Assembly: GCF_006345805.1 (NCBI RefSeq)
Contig: NC_043010.1
Coordinates: forward strand, 45,632,001-45,696,000
Length of the DNA stretch: 64,000 bases
Reading direction: 5' to 3'
From: Octopus sinensis
Taxonomy: Eukaryota
The notes beneath the pieces were generated by a model. It worked only from the letters and a program-made list of their open reading frames with translations, did no database searches and was not told the DNA's origin. How positions within the stretch are numbered: position 1 is the stretch's first letter; every line of letters starts with the position of its first letter. Both the position numbers and the translations under genes were made by a program. Of the stretch, positions 1 through 11,590 are shown in pieces.

Positions 1-84
1 GATTTGGTAGAAAAAAAACCCACTTAGAATAAGTCCATTAGTTCAGTGTAGTACATCAGCTATGCACAAATAATATTGCTTCAG

Positions 85-111
85 GAGAAAAAATACCATT
101 ACCTTTTTATG
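85..111 (+). CDS. Candidate 27-nt coding micro-exon (G)EKIPLPFY(G/E), phase 1-1
   Basis: Acceptor attgcttcag ends at 84; donor G|gtaagt at 112-117. The frame is open back to 42, so an upstream AG (41 or 46) could be the true acceptor. No homology recognised. Confidence 0.4.
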
Positions 112-877
112 GTAAGTAGTTGCCAAGAGAGAAGATATGATGTAAGTGTAAAATACTTCAGTTAGTTATGTGTACAGATATCTATATTTGAATGACTATT
201 TAACATTTTAATATTCTAAAAATATTGTTTAGTAAAATGAAACAAGAAATCTATGATATTCTCATTCAGTAAAGTATGCTTAATATATTTTTATTCTTTT
301 GTTTATGTTTTTTTATAATTTCAAAGAATATAATAGTTATGAACTTTTAAGGTAGAGATAGTGCCTAAAATTTTTAGACCAAGGAAAAATGTGAGGTTGT
401 GATGTTAATGTCTTTTTTATGTATATTATTCTAATTAAAACTGGGTTGTGGGCTTGTTTCTGTATATTTATAACCATTCTGTTGTCATATTTGATAAAGG
501 CTGAATGAGTGTCTGATGAGAGTATCACAACAGATCTTGGAATATAACTCCTATGTTCATGTTTCCATTTTGGAGAATTAGATTTGTCAGTTTCACATTT
601 ATTTTTTATGCATTGTTTGGCCAGCAAATCTTATCAGAAGATTAACTTTCTTTCCTTTGGGCATTGATAGTATAATACAGATACTAGTGTCAGTTTGTAT
701 TATCCATGTCTTACTAAAATTTATCCCATGCCTAATGCAAAAAAATAATAGTAGCCTTGTTTGCTATTGTTTACCCCAATATATTCATGAAAAACCAAAC
801 TCTGCATGTGTGTATTCATGTAATTGTGTCTGTTTACATGTGCTGTTTGTATGTAAGAGACCAACTATCACTGCTAG

Positions 878-926
878 AAATGAGAAAGCATAGAAGAAAA
901 TATGCAGCTTGCAGTAATGTAATGAC
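878..926 (+). CDS. Candidate 49-nt coding exon (E)MRKHRRKYAACSNVM(T), phase 1-2
   Basis: Acceptor actatcactgctag; donor AC|gtaagt at 927-932. Frame open back to 736. Phase fits the 85-111 donor and the 1608 acceptor. Confidence 0.3.
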
Positions 927-1608
927 GTAAGTAGTTGAATTTGTGTGGCTCAGATTCTCGACTTAATTTTAGGTGTATTAGATAAGATCTCTATTACCAG
1001 ATGAGAGAAGCTAGTACTGGAAGCATCACATACAATAAATGTTTGATATGGTTAATGTAAAATGTAAAGAGAAATGGTTTATTATTATTTGAAAGGGAGG
1101 TATATAGTAACAAAAGCTTTGGAAACTAGTATCAAATTTCTATGTAAAATATGTACAGTTTACATCTACCAGGATTGTTTTCCTGGCCATTTTTGTGAGT
1201 TTAAAATCTTATCTTATACTCTTTCTGTCTGTCTTTAATCTCTAGTTTGTTTCCTTTTTAACCATTTTAATAAATTTTTCAGCGTTAGGATGAGGGATAT
1301 GGTTTATGCAAATTGGACATCTGCATGTTGTAGCAATTTTTTTTTAATTTCTTGAATTTTTATAATTGTATGCTTTTCCTACAGGCAGCCCTGAACAATA
1401 AGATAAACTTGAAGCTTTTTTGTCAGTTGGCAGATGCAAACAAGCAGAGTTACCTCAGTTATTCAGAATCTCAACACAGAGGCTGTAATAGTCAGTAGTT
1501 AAGTTAGTGTTAAATAACTAACTATAAATAAATAGATTGTGAGAAAAAAACAAAGCAAAATGATATTAGCTAAGGATTTATATTTTAATTTTTATTTTTT
1601 TGTCAAAG

Positions 1609-1689
1609 TTCAGGAGGAAACTTTGATTGTTTCAATGTTACTATGACCTTACCAGCTACTTGCTGGAGTAGTGATGAGAGAATCACTAA
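1609..1689 (+). CDS. Candidate coding exon SGGNFDCFNVTMTLPATCWSSDERIT, with two alternative acceptors (AG ending 1608 or 1613)
   Basis: Long T-rich tract tattttaatttttatttttttgtcaaag/ttcag, open frame, and donor AA|gtaagt at 1690-1695. Confidence 0.5.
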
Positions 1690-1912
1690 GTAAGTGTACA
1701 ATATTGTACATTGGTTGAAGTATATGAGGTCCATGCTTCACCGATGAGATCATAATAAAATTGAAACATGTCTGGGATTCTACCACACTTGCTCTTTAAG
1801 TGGAAGAAAATATGATTATGTTGCTTATGATACTTTTGTTAAAAACATATGCAACATGAATAAAATAGCCACTAGTGGGAATCTGAGTCAAAATGTGAAT
1901 TCAACTTGACAG

Positions 1913-1952
1913 TAGCCTTCTACCTCTACTCTATGGCAGTCACCAGAATTAA
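1913..1952 (+). CDS. Possible terminal exon (N)SLLPLLYGSHQN*, phase-2 start
   Basis: Acceptor ttcaacttgacag (NAGNAG cagtag); phase matches the 1689 donor; AATAAA near 2188. Could equally be chance. Confidence 0.25.
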
Positions 1953-3009
1953 TATTAATATACAAATCACACCAATCATAAACAATCTTAAATGGCTTTT
2001 AGTAGTAAGAAATCTCTTTTTCACTCTCCATCTCTTGCTCTCTATATATCTCTCACTCTCTCTCTCTTATACACACATTGGAATCATCTCTTTCACTTGT
2101 GTGGGTGTCGGTGTGTATTGCTATAAGTGAAGAAAAAAATATATGAAATAATAATAATATACCACTGCTCATTATGTTGTCATAAGTGAATAAATTGAAA
2201 TTACTGTGATTTCAAAAACCCTCTGAATGATATTTATGTTAACTGCTTGACTTGGGAGTTGTAGCAGCTAAATATCTCCCAAAAGAAATTAGTAACTTTT
2301 ACTATTGATATCACAACACTTGGGCATTATGCTGAATGCATATTGAATGCCAAACACTGAAATACTTACTAAACAAAATTTTAAAGAAGTTCAATGAATT
2401 AATGTGTTACATTGCATTGTATATTAATATATTATTATTATTCTATGTTTAAATGCCCTGTACATTATGTTCAAACCTTCCTTGACTAATGTTAAATAGA
2501 TTTGATCAAAAGAAAATAGAATTTAGATTCACACAACATTCCTAGGCTTTGCACAGTCTGTTAACAATTGATCAAATAATTCTGTGGCCAGTCCTGGAAA
2601 ATGATAACAATCAATGTGGCTTGTAAAGTGCCACTAAATCTTTTAACATAGGCATCCTTAGGGAATTTGTTAATGGAAATTTGGTTAGTACATTAAACCA
2701 GGTGGATGTAATTATGCAGAAACTTTAGTGACTTGAAAATTAGCAAAACTATGAGGCCTTTTAGATATACAACTACCAAAGACTCTCTGAAAGAGTAGTT
2801 GCATTAGAATAAAAGTAAAACAATCTCCATTGGTATTGACAATGTGTATACAGTTGTTTGATCAAAAGAGCCACCTACTCATTGAATTTGTATGTAGTTC
2901 ACTGAACATTACACAGACTGTAGTGCCAAACAGGATCAGAATGACAAAGTGATGAGGCTGAACCTTTAAATTGCTGAGACATTTCATCCAACAAGCACAA
3001 TTTTTGTCT

Positions 3010-3140
3010 ATTCACTTTCTCTCACAAGGCTTGTAATTAAACCAGATTGACCTGAGGCCATGATACAACATGCTACAAAGTGCAATCAGACCCAGGACTT
3101 TATTATTGCAAAGCAAACTTCTTAACCATTTGGCCATGCT
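3010..3140 (-). mobile_element. SINE family A, degenerate 5' part
   Basis: tcacaaggctt...gaggcc...aagcaaacttcttaacc resembles the reverse complement of the head of the copy at 46102-46516. Confidence 0.55.
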
Positions 3141-3192
3141 ATATTCTGCTTGTCTACAATAATTCTAATACTTTTAATGTCAATCCTAAGGG

Positions 3193-3549
3193 CAGTGGTT
3201 CTCTACCATTCTTTACCTATGAACCCTTTTGATTACTATTTTACACTACTGGACCCAAATAGCCATTCAATGAATATGAAAAAAACGTTCCTACTGTATT
3301 TTTATAATTAAATATTAGGATTTTTTTGTTTCTGTATTTAGACTGTGGCTGTACTGGGGCACCATCTTGAATATTTTTTTCTAGTCGAATTAATTGACTT
3401 CAGAGCTTATATTTTGTTAAGCCTGATACTTATTCTATCGGTCTCTCTTGCCAAACTGCTAAGTTATGGGGATACAAACACACCAACACCAGTTGTCAGG
3501 CGGTGTTGAGTGGAACAAAAAAAAAGACAAAGACATACACACACACACA

Positions 3550-3597
<48 letters not shown>

Positions 3598-3862
3598 GAG
3601 CTTCTTTCAGTTTCTGTCTACCAAATCCACTCACATGGCTTTGGTCAGCCTGAAGCTATAGTAGAAGACACTTGCTCAAAGTGCCATGCAGTGGGACTGA
3701 ACCCATAACCATGTGGTTTTGAAGCAAGTTTCTTACAACACAGCCAAAATTTAAATATTTTGTATATTATAAAAGTATAAACAATTTACTACAGATGAAT
3801 TTTAACAACAAAATCTTATGTGGACTCCCAAGGGCCATATGGATCCCAGATGAGAACCACTA
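3193..3862. mobile_element. hAT-like MITE (about 220-250 bp) interrupted by a SINE A copy
   Basis: Termini cagtggttctc...gagaaccacta; the internal sequence matches copies at 37917-38134 and 48747-48969. Confidence 0.75.
3328..3746 (-). mobile_element. SINE family A (tRNA-derived head, internal (CA)n)
   Basis: Colinear with the young copy at 46102-46516; B-box-like ggttcagtccc on the minus strand. Confidence 0.85.
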
Positions 3863-5704
3863 CTTTAGAACCTACTATTCTTAGTGACTACCCTTCTAAA
3901 CTGTATCAAAAAACATCATCCTATATCACACACATTTAAAATAAGGATGTCAGAGCACTAATTAACTTACAAAACACTACATCAAAATAATTATGAACTA
4001 TGTAAGCCATCCTATCCTTAATTTCTTTAGCAAGAGCACACATGTGCACGCACACACACACACACACAATCATTCACACTTAGACTCCAGGTAGACATGG
4101 CTGTTTTCTCTGTTATTGCATGTTCAACATCTCACAAATGCATAGACACAGTAACAACACAACATACCAGCAACCACCATCTCCTTCGTTTCAGATAAAT
4201 ACAAAACATGTAATCTATATATCTTAGAGAATCTTGGCTCTGATATATTAAGTTCACCTTCTCTCCACCCTCCACAGCAATCACCACCTAAACTACCAGG
4301 CATTAAAACAGTCAGCAAAGTAGGTACAACATGCTCACTGGCTTCCCGCTCCCCCATTCCCATACCACCAAATATTGTTTGATGGAGTGCATAAGGCACT
4401 CTGAGAACAAGATGAAACAGTTGTCTTGATATATTTGGCTCTAAACTTGAAATGCTAATTAAGAAAGAAGAAAAGAAAAGAAAAAGAAATCTCTCACAAA
4501 AAAATGATATGCACAAAAGATTTTAACTGAATTAGTGTTGTTATTCTCACTAACTGACAGATGAAACATTTGAATATATGCCAACTGCCCACATCTCTGA
4601 AAACTTACTCGATATTACCTAAAAATAAGTAGTAGATGATTCAAATAATCATCCCCATTGTGGCTAGAAACTGGGATAGTTTTTACTAAATGAACAATGA
4701 TGAATGCTTCATTCTTGATATTATATAATTTGAAGGAAAAAATATAAACAGAAAACAGAGAAGCAAGAAACAAAACTTATTCATTGTATTCCAGCAAATT
4801 TTTTCATTTCATAAATTTTTCCATTTCTTAATTTCTAATTTATATTTATATGTGATACACACACACACACACACATGTATGTGTGTACGTATACATTTAA
4901 ATATGTGCATTTATGTACAATGGATATCTATCTGTCTAGTTTTGCTGATAAAAATGTTAAGCATATGTATATTTATGAATTGTACGTATGTCTGTTGTGT
5001 TAACATATGTATTAGCTTGGTCTAAGGAAACATTTTTCAAAGAGTAGTAGATTCTCCTCATTTACCAAGTTCTTATGTAAATGAGCCTTTATATTAGAAA
5101 AACACAGTGCAACAACTTTGGTGTACATATGTGATAGTGGATATGTTTAAAATTTGTTAATTTTATTTCCTTTATTTCTTTGACTTTTACGTTGAGTGAA
5201 AGCTTGTTACTTCATTACAAGTTATCTGTACTTAACACTTTAAAAAACATATATCACTTCTCTTGAGTATCTTGTTCTTTCATTATATTATAAACACCTT
5301 ATAATCAGTTTGTTGTAAGGTATCTGGCAAGCATTTTTGAGAGAGAAGAACATTGTTTTTCATCTGTAGCTTATTACTATGACTACCTCATCTTCATCAT
5401 AATTATTAACGCCTCCCCACTATTACCACTATCACTTTCTATATTATATTACAGTCTCAATCTGAGAATGTCTGTAGTATTAGTGATGATGGTGATTTCT
5501 CTCATAGGCTCAAAAACAATGTAATTGGGGAGACTTTGGGAAGATATAACATTTCTACTATTTTCAAATGCAGCAGTAAACACACAAATGGAATAATTTC
5601 TGTTGAGAATCTAAATTACATCTTAGGCTCACTTTGTTGAGATGCTGCTACTAAATAATCTGTACTTGTATGTACGATGACTATTATGCTTTAGATAAGG
5701 TATG

Positions 5705-5860
5705 GGTATATGAGCCAATGTAAGAGCCACTTGACCTGCTAGAAATAGAAACCAAATTTCCCTCAAATTACATGCTATAGTTTGCTAGAAAAGAAAAAAG
5801 ACAAGATGATCAGAGCTGGAATGCCTTCTTTGATCAAATGACTTATCCTTGATTTATTGA
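5705..5860 (+). repeat. Dispersed repeat family E (unclassified, probably a SINE or LINE 3' end)
   Basis: cttgacctgctagaaatag...ccaaatttccctcaaat...ctggaatgcc motif, shared with several other copies in the window. Confidence 0.5.
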
Positions 5861-6049
5861 CCTGAAAAGATAGCCAGCATAAATGTACTTAAAATATATA
5901 TAGTGTTAACCAGATAGAAACCATAGTGTTAAATTAGACAAGAAAATGTCTAGTAAACTAATCTAGTTACTATAAAGTATCTAGTCTAGTGTAGCACTAT
6001 GGCTTGTACTATACTCCTCTTTCCCATAATTATAATAATGATTTCTAAC

Positions 6050-6235
6050 TTTGGAAAAGAGCCTACCAAATTTTGTGGAGAAATATTATTGATTAAACTG
6101 AACCCAGTATTTGATTCTTACTTGTTATATTGATTATGAAAGATGAGAAGTAATATCGACCCTGATAAGATTTGAACTTGGATTGTAAAAGGCATTTTGT
6201 TTTCTGCTTTACTGGTTTTGCCATCCACTCTTATA
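6050..6235 (-). mobile_element. SINE family B, degenerate
   Basis: Reverse-complement similarity to 53782-54014 (atttgaact B-box region, gatgaaag-like core). Confidence 0.5.
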
Positions 6236-6639
6236 ACAATGGAGTCATGACGTCATTGTCAACTTGAGCTCTTTAATAATATTCTTTTACTTCTTTTCAT
6301 TAGTGAGATAAACTGTTTACATGAGGAAGATTGTTTGCATAAACTCAGGTTTTAATTGATCAATTTATTGATCTACAAGTGTGATCAAATTTCTGTATTA
6401 ATGGTGATGCCTATTGGTTTATTGATTTGTCTGTATGCTAGAAACAGAACTGATATTAAATGATCAAAACACTGGCAGTATATCATTAGCATATTGTTAC
6501 TATTGCACTTTAGGATAAATCATATTCATTATACTCTTGAGAAACTACCAACTTTTTTTCATGTTCATAGTTAAACTTTATTCAACACATCTTCAGATTT
6601 CACTGAATGTATTTCTATTAAAACTTGTCGGGAGGTCAT

Positions 6640-6790
6640 AGTTTTGGTGTTCTACTATTGATGTTTAGTTATGGACAAGCCTTGACTGAGCAGATTTGTA
6701 ATCAAAGGAATTCAAACCATGATGGTAGCCCATTCTTTGTTTAAGATGGATAATATATTCAGGACAACATACATCATTCTCTTTATAAAG
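6640..6790 (-). repeat. Dispersed repeat family E
   Basis: tgtttagtt...gagcagatt...atcaaaggaattc...ccatga is the reverse complement of the family E 3' end. Confidence 0.5.
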
Positions 6791-7263
6791 ATGATAAACT
6801 GTGATTTAAGAGAAATTTGATTGCAAATTTTAACATGCTCACCATGAACATCACAACTTTCTATTTATCCTCCATTCAAAGCCAGAGTTTCAGTATGGCT
6901 ATCATTATTATTAATTTACTCCATTTTACTCAAAAGTTTTACTCACTCCCATGTGTGTTAAACGGAGTTTTGGATCAGGAAGACTTTGTTTTGACTGGGA
7001 TTTTCTCCATTTTTTAAAAAACCATAGCCTTCAAAATGACAGGATGGAAGGGTGGGGGAATCTTTGTATGAAAAAAGTTTTGAAAATTCTTTTTTTACAA
7101 CCTTCCCTCCCTCATCATCCCACTCTGGACCTATTTTGGCCAATTTTTTCTGCACTTCCATGGGAGGATTTTTTAAATTGTTAATATTTTCAGAGGGAAA
7201 AGTGAGTGATTTAAGGGAGATTTGACTATTGTTTTTAGCACATCCAAAGACAACCCTCCTTAT

Positions 7264-7696
7264 TTCTTTATCACTCTCGCATGTATTGATGTTTTTCAAT
7301 ATTTTACTCCCCATAAATACATTTATATGCCATAAAAAATAAAATTTGAAAAATCATGATTTTTTTGCAACCTCACTCCCTGTCCCCGATTGTTTCTGTT
7401 TATAATTTAAAATATTCAAGAGCCTGAGAAGGTCATTGCCAGCATTTATCCACAGTGATTTAAAATAAGAGTTACATAAACAATAATTCATTTTAATAGC
7501 ATTCTATTATTTCTTACACACACACAGCCTTGCTTGATTGAGGTGGGGGTAAAAATTTAGATTACAATTTTTTTGTTGTTGCTTCTATCCTACCAATTGA
7601 CCACGTGTGAGTTACTTCGGCATTATCATTCCACAAAATGTGTTTAATGGGAGAAAAATATTGAAAAAACATTAATACATGTGAGAATGCAATGAA
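7264..7696. mobile_element. Putative non-autonomous DNA transposon remnant with imperfect inverted repeats of about 60 bp
   Basis: The reverse complement of 7264-7325 (ggagtaaaatattgaaaaacatcaatacatgcgagag) matches 7635-7696 (ggagaaaaatattgaaaaaacattaatacatgtgagaa). Confidence 0.45.
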
Positions 7697-7759
7697 TATT
7701 TAAATTTGTGAAAAATTGGAATTAAAAAATTCCACAAACTTCAGAAATCGAAATTATGG

Positions 7760-7935
7760 GGTTGGCATGGGTTGGATGGTTTGACAAGAACAGATAAGCC
7801 AGAGAGCTCTACCAGGCTCTTTGTCTGCTTTGGCATGGCTTCTGTAGCCAGATGCTCTTTCTAATACCAACCACTTAATAGAGTGTACTGGGTGCTTTTC
7901 ACATGGCATCAGCACCGATGAGGTTGCTAAGTACC
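7760..7935 (-). mobile_element. Family C (RTE 3'-end-like short element), degenerate
   Basis: gcatgggttggatggtttgac...gatgctctttctaataccaaccac...gtgtactgggtgctttt matches 34875-35045. Confidence 0.7.
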
Positions 7936-8539
7936 CACAATGGGAAGAGGGAGAGTTAACTGTAAAACTCACCAAATAATATACACACAGACACATGCAA
8001 TTAACTCTGCAAAACTCATCTAAAAATAGATACATCGGTATATATAATATGTATATATTTGTTCATTCAAAGCTGATACTTCATGCTGTTACTACTCCAA
8101 TTTTCCTGTTTCTATCATGCTCTTCAAGGAACATGATGGAAACAGGAAAGTTAGAGTAATGATGGAATGGAATTTCAGCTTTTAAGAGTGAATGACTAAA
8201 TTGTATTGCACGTGCATGTTAGTGTGTGTGTGTATGTGTACAGACACACATTTTCCTTTACTAACACTTTGCTGCAAATGAAATAAATTAATGACAATAT
8301 CAGAAACTTTTTAGTAGTATGAAGAGGATATTTAAATACACATAGCACTCATGTGAAATTGTGAGTTTGTTATACTTTAACACATTTCCTTCTCTGTTTC
8401 TCCTATAACAGTTCCTAAACACTGGGTTTTTCTTGACTTTATACAATACACCATTTTCCTGTTTATTTATTTATTTTTAAAAATTTTAATCTAAAACATT
8501 GAGTTGGGTTGTGATCTCTTTGCATTCCATTCTGCCAGA

Positions 8540-8870
8540 TGTACTTACTTCACTTGCTTAAGGCAGCCCATCAAAAGTGATGACAGTGCCGATCCAAGAT
8601 ATTCATCCTCCTCCACTTACAGCACATTGTTTCTCATGGGAGTAGATGTGGCAGACAAAACTGATGCAAGATAGGCCGATCCTGTGACACTGTAAGCACT
8701 GAAAGTGACCCCGAACAACAACTGCAGCTGTTTGATGACAACATCTCTTCTCTTCATATAATCTCCTGTTTGGTTTCAAAGTGCTCTACTCCAGTATCAC
8801 ACATGTATCTCCAAGCCTTCTGATTAACAGCCAGGGCCTTTGCTAGATGTACTCCATTTTTAAATGTTGG
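8540..8870 (-). mobile_element. RTE-clade LINE 3' fragment with C-terminal C2H2-like finger
   Basis: Frameshifted translation ALAVNQKAWRYMCDTGVEHFE / FQCLQCHRIGLSCISFVCHIYSH, typical of RTE/BovB-like C-termini, followed by a short aagt-repeat tail. Confidence 0.6.
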
Positions 8871-9087
8871 TGGTACTTCTTTTCTTACAAATGTGTGTTT
8901 CTAGTAAAGCTATTTAAAAGTAACCAATTTGTTTTTTACCTTTTACTTGTTTCACTTGTGAGCCATGTTTGATAACATGTACAATGAAATATATACATAT
9001 GAATTATATAGGTAATTTATCAGTATGGTTATATCATAAAAGTGAATAAAAATTAAGGAGGAGATAAGTAGTAAAAGAAGCAACTTT

Positions 9088-9570
9088 TTATACAGCATAA
9101 ACACTGGCGATTGCTGCCAGAAAGTGAACAGATGTGTTCTTTTTATTCGTGGAATTACACCATATAAATTCATGCAAATATGAAACAAACAATTTGTCCA
9201 ATGTCCCAAACTGTCATCGCAACTTCTGTTTTACTTGCATCCACATGTTTTCCACATTTTGTGTATAGACGTGTTGATCATGAGGATCAACAAAATTTTG
9301 TTGGTGTATAACCACCTCTGTTGAGTTTTTAATTTCTCCGCATGAAAAAGTTTTCAACATCATCCACATGAATTGTTTATTTTCTTATCAAAAACAATTT
9401 TTTTTTCACTGTTGTCTGCATGGATTGTTTATATCCTCATCACCACTGTTATAATGTAGATCCTCATCTGCTTGTATGTTGGCACTGTAATATTCTTGTC
9501 ACCACTATTATGTTGTGGTAATATTCTGCATGTTATTATCTTTGATTCATCTATTGTGCTATCGCTGATA
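9088..9570 (-). mobile_element. Degenerate Merlin (IS1016/IS1595, ISXO2-like) DDE transposase fragment
   Basis: 9088-9316 translates to VVIHQQNFVDPHDQHVYTQNVENMWMQVKQKLR*QFGTLDKLFVSYLHEFIW...FLAAIASVYAV*, matching the NHS-NFVDP-HTQ-IE-W-K-YL-EF-W C-terminal signature. TIDESK at 9540-9557 resembles the (V)EIDES motif. Confidence 0.75.
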
Positions 9571-9750
9571 GCTCTGCAAGATAATGATTTTGAAACATCT
9601 ACCTTCATGGTAACTCAAACTTGTATATAATTGACACTGACTCCAACTGAGAACTCAAACAATGACTCTTCTGCCACTGGCTTCCTACAACTGACTGTCT
9701 GTCTGACTTTATAGTGTCTGACTTGTCATGTGGGAAGGGGAGTACATTGG

Positions 9751-9875
9751 CCTTGGGTTCAGTCCCACTGTACTGCACCTATGGCAAATGACTTCTACTA
9801 TGGCTCTCGGCCAACTAAAGCCTTGTGAGTGGATCTTGTAGACAGAAACTAAAGGCCTATTGTGTATATATACAA
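9751..9875 (+). mobile_element. SINE family A 5' half, followed by (CA)n
   Basis: gggttcagtcccactg...aagccttgtgagtggat...agacagaaact. Confidence 0.8.
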
Positions 9876-9900
9876 ATATATATGTGGTAAGGAAACACAA

Positions 9901-9955
<55 letters not shown>

Positions 9956-11129
9956 CATACATATGTGCATGTATACATGTGTGTGTGTATACATACATAC
10001 ATATATATACATACACACACACATTTATTCATACATGCAATATACACATAAAGAAATACATTAATCTGTGAACAATATCAGTTCAATTTCTCTATATTGG
10101 CTGGGCTTGGGGGAAAACTTGAGATATATATGTATGAATGCATATATCCTTATTGATTTTATGAAATGATTAGGCCAAGATATGAAGTTAGTACTTTTTT
10201 CTGCCATTATCATTCTTACCATTTTCATTCTAGCCATAAAAGTAATAAATGAAAAAGATAAAGATGAGAATGGCATGACTGGGGCCTTGGGATGAAATGA
10301 GGATAATTTTGGGAACCATGGTATTAACAAGGAGAAAGAAGTTAATTTGGAAAATACAAAAGAGCTTCAGTACAAACATTGCTGCCATCATTATCATCAT
10401 CATCATGAAAATTAATCTCACATATACTTTCACACAATTGTGGGATGGAATTGAATTATCAACGACCCTAGTTTACTATTTAGTATTTATTAGTTTTTGA
10501 TCACGCTTTCACAATATTAGGATTCACTGTTCATTTATAAACATAGCTTGGTGACTGTAGATAAGGAATCTGAGACTTCCTCAGAGGTTTTACAATTGAG
10601 TGGATTCCTGTTGTAAGCCTATCGTTGGAACCCACAATCAGCACTGCAAGCTGATTACAACCATGTACTATGCTTACACTGAAGTATTTACAACTACTAA
10701 CTGGATGGATACATGGGTGTCAGATGTCTTGGCCACTATTCAGAGCCAGTAATTGGATCTGAAACACCATCTCTTTGGCTGTTAGTTTGACATTTTTAAT
10801 TTGGTCATATGTTGACAAGTTAGACAAGTTGAGTTTGTTTACCTACACATTAAACTACATTGCTTCATTTCTAACTGAAGTTATTTTGATCATAATTATT
10901 GAAGCAGCTTACTTGGATGGTTTTGCATGGCTGGAAGGAAGGGGTGATTAAAACTACAACAGTAGACATACATGCATTCATACACTCTCACGCCACACAC
11001 ATTTGTATGTCATATAATTGATAAATATGTAAATAGGCAGTTATGTAGATAGAAGCATATAGTAAAGGCAACACCCAACTTAAAATATAATTAGTTAATA
11101 GATGGAAAATTTTATGGCATTCCTAATAC

Positions 11130-11590
11130 ACGCCTTCCATTCATCTCTGTCATCCATGGCATTTTTTAAGCTCTTGGATAATGCATTCAGTTTCTTTTAG
11201 CTGATGGTGTAGATTTTTGCTGGTCTACTTTTCCCCTGTTTACTCTCAGAAGGTTGTCACAGGAGAACTTCAACCACTAACTCTTCTTTGTTATGCCAGC
11301 AGTAACCAATAAATTTCAGCCTGTGCTTTCATATTGTTTCTGTGATATATGGTATAGCTCTTTGTTAGTCATGTGTTCACACCATGAGATTTTTAGAACA
11401 GCATTGAGCAATCTGCTATACATACCATTCAGAATTTTCTACATAGGAGCTGTTAAGTTTCCATGTTATTAAACTATAAACTAAAATTAATTCAACTGTA
11501 GTCCTGAAGAGGTCTAATTTATTCAGATAATATGATAAAATAGTACAGTCCTAGAGTTTCTTCTTGTGGCACTCCAGCAATAATCTTAGA
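11130..11590 (-). mobile_element. RTE-clade LINE 3' ORF fragment, degenerate
   Basis: Broken translation includes TVESILVYSL-TW, GMYSRLLNAVLKISWCEHMTNKELY and MDDRDEWK, characteristic of the RTE region after the RT domain. Confidence 0.7.

Noticed and set aside
337-627. 96-aa minus ORF
   Set aside because: No splice or homology support; its length is compatible with chance, and it lies inside the candidate plus-strand intron.
1385-1498. Exon after the strong acceptor ttttcctacag (AALNNKINLKLFCQLAD...)
   Set aside because: No good donor; in the phase matching the upstream donor it stops after GSPEQ. Kept only as a possible alternative 3' end.
6951-7314. 118-aa and 77-aa ORFs as a gene
   Set aside because: The 118-aa ORF starts within an inverted-repeat arm, there are no convincing splice sites, and no domain was recognised.
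9709-10071. His/Thr or Cys/Val-rich ORFs (also at 3466, 14875, 40920, 41660-42028)
   Set aside because: Translations of (CA)n/(GT)n microsatellites and SINE A.
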